64,000 nt of DNA from NCBI GenBank assembly GCA_043228905.1, contig JBHGNT010000011.1:6572001-6636000 (forward strand), given 5' to 3'. Shown here piece after piece: positions 59,926-64,000 of the stretch; position 1 is the stretch's first letter, and each line of letters starts with the position of its first letter. The notes under the pieces were generated by a model. It made no database searches. It was given only the letters and a program-made list of their open reading frames with translations, and was not told the DNA's origin. This stretch comes from Azolla caroliniana (taxonomy: Eukaryota > Plantae > Polypodiophyta). The position numbers and the translations under genes were made by a program.

Positions 59926-62900
59926 CTAAACCCTTCTATCCGGCAACATTGGATTTGTTGTATGTTCCTCCTCCTGGTTGCCGGTTATCCGCTTGCCGTT
60001 CCCGGTTTCTTCTTCGACATCCGGTTGTCTAAATGGGTTCCGCGGCATTGGTCCGTAATAAGGTTTTAGTCGGAAACCGTTTACCCATTTTTCCATGACC
60101 TCGCTGGCCAACGTACCTAGCTGATACGAGTCGTTAAACTCTCGTGTTATCTAATACGGTTTGGTCCACCAGAACCGTAGCTTTCCCGGCATTTTGCCCA
60201 TCCGGGTCTGAAATACTAACACCGGTTTGCCGATTCCGAACCTTTTCACGTTCCCTTTATGGTGCTGGTCAACGAATGCTTTCCATCGTCGTTGCTCGAG
60301 TTCCAAATGCAGAATGCTAGCTATCCGGCGTTCTTCTAATTCGCACAATGTCGCTAGTCGAATTTTCTCCGATGCCTTCTCACTTAACCTTTCCCGTACT
60401 TGAATCCACAAACTCGGAATTTGAAACTCTATCGGCATGACTGCTTCTAATCCAAAAGCTAAACGGAATGGTGTTGTCTGAATACTTGTTTTGTACGCGG
60501 TTCGGTAAGCCCACATCGCACTTTGCAGCTTCGTGTCCCATTTGGTGCGGTTTTCATTGACTATTTTCCAGAGGATGTTTTGCAAGGTTTTTTTGGTGGA
60601 TTCGGCCAATCCGTTGGCTTGTGGATAATAAGGTGTACTCCACTTGTATACGACCGCATAAAACGTCGTCAAGCTCTCTACTACTGGACCGAGGAAATGT
60701 CCTCCTTGATGACTGATTAGTTCTATCGGGCATCCATACCGGCACCAAATGCACTCATACCGGTATTATCTTGGAGTGGCTTTGCTTCCACCCATTTGGT
60801 GCAGTAGTCTATTGCCACAATGATATACCGGTTCCCGGTCCACATTGCCGGAGGTTTAAATGGTCTGACGAAGTCCAATCCCCATTTTTGAAACGGCTCC
60901 AGTGGTAACACCGGCTGGTGTGGCATCCTTACTTGTTCTGTTAGTTGGCGCGTCTATTGACATAAGTTGCATTCCTTTGCATACTGAATCAAGTCCTTCA
61001 TTGTTGTAGGCCACCACAATCTGCTTCGCCATATCTTCTTTGTCGTTGCTTCTCCGACATAATGTCCTCCAATGACTCCACAATGAACTTCCCGTAAAAT
61101 TGTCTCCCTTTCTTCACTCCGAACCACTCTTCGCCATATACCGTCCGCTCCCTTGTGGTACAACGTATCCTGCAATAAACAACCGCTTCCATTCGTCCCG
61201 GTTCAATTCTTCCGGAGGCAATCCGGTGCTTAAAAACAGATGCATATTCGTCAGCCATTTGTCTTCTTCGGCCACCGTCCCGTCCACCGTATTCTCCGCT
61301 GTTACCTTGAATGACTATGCATCTGGAAGGTCGTCTTTGACGTCGTCGCCTGCCTCTCCGGATTCTAACTAGCTCAAGTAATCTGCGACCGCATGTTGTA
61401 CTCCCGGTCTGTAGTAAATCTCGAACTCGAACTCCTGTAGAAGCAACGTCCATCGTGCTAGTTTGCCAGTTAGCGATGCCTTGGAAACCAAGTAAAGTAA
61501 AGCCGAATGATCTACGTGGAATGAGAATTTTCGTCCCAGCAAATAGTGACGGAACTTGTTACGTTGAATATTATTCCCAAGGCTTCCCTATCCGTTGTTG
61601 AATAATTCCGTCCCACTTGCGAGAGCTTTCGATTGGCGTAGTAAACCGGCCGGTACCACTTTGGGTCGGTGAGCTGCATAAGAATGCTGCCGATCGCGAT
61701 ATCAGATGCGTCGACGAACACATGAAATTCCTTCGACCAATCGGGGGGTTGTACGACTGGTGCCTGGGACAACATTATTTTGAGCACATTGTATGCCTTA
61801 TCCTCTGGTTTTGTCCATTGGAAAGGTGTCCGGTGTATAGCTGTGTGTAGTGGTGTCGCAAGATCTGTCAAGTATTAGAGCATCCGGCTATGGCACTGGA
61901 TTTGCCCTAAAAACCGGCTCAGATCTTTGGCGGTTGTTGGTGCTGGTGCTTCCAAAATGGCTTTAACTTTATCCGGGTCCACCGCAATCCCGTCCTTACT
62001 CACAGTATGGCCTACTATCGTGCTGCTGGTTAGGCCGAATACGCATTTCGCCGAGTTCAGTCTTAGCCGGAAACCTCTACATTTCTCCAGGCATAACCGG
62101 AGATGGTCAAGATGTTCTCCTTTCCTGTTGTACACCGCAAAGTCATCCAAGAACACCTGCATAAAAGTTGGGATAAATTCCCCGAAAATTTCCATGATGA
62201 TTCGTTGGAACGTTGCTGGTGCCGTCTTCAGTCCAAACATCATCACGACCACTACAAAGACTCCCCTCCCCATTCGGTGATGAACAATGTTTTCTCTTGA
62301 TCGTCCGGGTGCATCCGGATTTGGTTATACCCGCTGAATCCGTCGAGGAGGCTTTACACCTCGTGGCCTGCTATCGCATCCAAGACTCCATTTGTGAAAG
62401 GGAGCGGGAATGCATCAGTGATAGTGGCAACATTCAATTTACGGTAATCCACACAAACCCAGATCTTTCCGTTTTTCTTCGGTACCACCACGCTCGGGCT
62501 TAGCCAGGTGGCGTCCTTCACCAGCTGGATGAACCCAACCCACAACAACTTGTCGATCTCTTCTTTTACTTTAGCTGCGTAATTCGGATTCATCCGGTAA
62601 CGTCTCTGCGCTATCGGTTTCGCATCCTTGCTTAAATGAATCTGGTGCTGATATAATTGTGGGTCCAGCCCCCACATGTCTTCATATGACCACGCAAATA
62701 AGTCCTGGAATTCTTTCAATAATGTGATCGTTGCCAATTTCTCCTCCCTTGGCATTTCTTTGGCCACCTACACGGGTCTTGCTTCTACGTTGGTTCCCAA
62801 ATTCACTTCTTCCAATTGTGATGCTTTCACCCATTGTGATACCGCCATCTCCCACTCTAGGGCCTCTTGTGCTTGTCGCAGTTCCCGGATCGCATCCCTA

Positions 62901-63390
62901 ATCGGCTCCTCACCGACATCCTCTGGTTGCCCAATATATGGGGACACCACCTCTGCTACGTCTACTTCAAACAGATGCACTATCCTTGGGTTTTCATCAA
63001 GGTAGCAATCTACCTCCTCATCAGCAAGCCCTTCCAGCATATTCACTCTTTCGGCATATAACGGTGTTACTTCCTTGCTTGGGCCTGCTTGAGGATGCGT
63101 GGGTACTCTGACCTTAGTTTTCCCCCTTCAAGCGTAATGTTGTTCTTCTGCCAGTTTTGTTTGATGTGGGTGGTCCATAACCATGGTCGTCCCAACAACG
63201 GTGGGTATGCTCCATGCACATTCAACTGGAAGACGATGGTAGAAATCCAGAAGGCATGGCTACCGATTGTTACCTCCAAATCCCGGATCAATCTAGTTGG
63301 TCATACTGAGCTGGTGTCTGCCATCTGGAGCCAGAACGGGCATGGTTCCCATTCTTGGATTCCAGGAGTGTTGCATCTTCAGAGGCTAAT
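59926..63390 (-). pseudogene. pol: pol of J (PR-RT-RH-INT)
   Basis: Collinear with A: LLGRPW, RRYRMNPNY, FLDD, VDASD, WGLDF. Confidence 0.92.
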
Positions 63391-63575
63391 TGTCGAATAC
63401 AAGTGTATAATGGACGTATTCACACTATCCCTTTGTATAGCTCAAGTTTGGGCCATTTGTGTAATTAGCATAAATGGTAGTTGCCCTAAGCCGGTCACTA
63501 TATATAGTGACCTTGTAACCTTTTTGTAAGGTTGGGGGTTGTATTATTGTTTCTATTGAATAGAAAGTCTTTTGT

Positions 63576-63620
<45 letters not shown>

Positions 63621-64000
63621 AACGACCTAGAAACTGTCATATGCAGGTACAGAACAGAATTGAATGCTTCTTGATCTTCCGCATAGACGACCTTGTTTCC
63701 AACATCTGGTATCAGAGCCTGCACAGTATTCGGTCCTCCAACATCTGCTGTCGGCCATCGTCTCAGCCTGCACAGCATTCGGTTTCTTGCACCATTCGAA
63801 GAAGAGAGAAGAAGAAGAAAAACGAGGCTTGCATCTCATCGCGTTAGATCATCTTCGCTTGGAGTAAGCCAGCCGGTTGTACTCTGTTCCTTGTGATCGT
63901 AACCGCTCGAGGTGAAATCCCCTTGTGCAACATTGACACGATCGTGCTCCACTCGGTTAAACGGCATCCGAAGAGGTCATCAAACGCTGCTCGCCGCTCA
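63391..64000 (+). mobile_element. Element N: 5' LTR (63391-63704), PBS-iMet (63707-63719) and leader; superfamily undetermined
   Basis: TGTCG...CAACA, TATATATA near 63500, TGGTATCAGAGCC; interrupts the J protease. Confidence 0.88.
63577..63616. repeat. (CT)20 microsatellite in the N LTR
   Basis: Seen directly. Confidence 0.95.

Larger units (their letters stand above)
51523..63390 (-). mobile_element. Element J: decayed A-like Gypsy (3' LTR 51523-52001); 5' part beyond element N
   Basis: TGTTG...CAACA LTR related to A; pol and accessory ORF collinear with A. Confidence 0.9.

Overview
This window is a gene-free stack of nested LTR retrotransposons, probably from a non-seed land plant (inferred from the element lineages). 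I found no host gene, RNA gene or CRISPR array. Target-site duplications (TSDs) resolve most of the nesting. Left stack: Copia M 3' LTR > solo LTR L (TSD CTAAG) > non-chromoviral Gypsy A (792-34804, TSD AACAC). A contains chromovirus B (TSD GCTGT) > intact Copia E (TSD AAACG); chromovirus D (TSD CCAAC) > tandem pol-less Gypsy C (TSD GAAAG); and a 416-bp unclassified insert. Right stack: Copia K > Gypsy H. H contains intact Copia F (TSD GCCTG) and Gypsy I > Gypsy J, and J contains Copia G and element N. The main result concerns four diverged relatives (A, C, H, J). They have no polypurine tract (PPT). Two nt before the 3' LTR they instead carry a sense copy of a tRNA-Arg-like 3' end ending in CCA, which acts as a second primer-binding site (PBS) on the minus strand and suggests tRNA priming of both cDNA strands. 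The same family carries a large non-env accessory coiled-coil ORF. Other signals are Tf1-type self-priming with a compensatory base change in B and D, two -1 frameshift cassettes, a chimeric middle LTR recording unequal crossover, and a capsid-swapped Copia. All counts were made by eye and are approximate.
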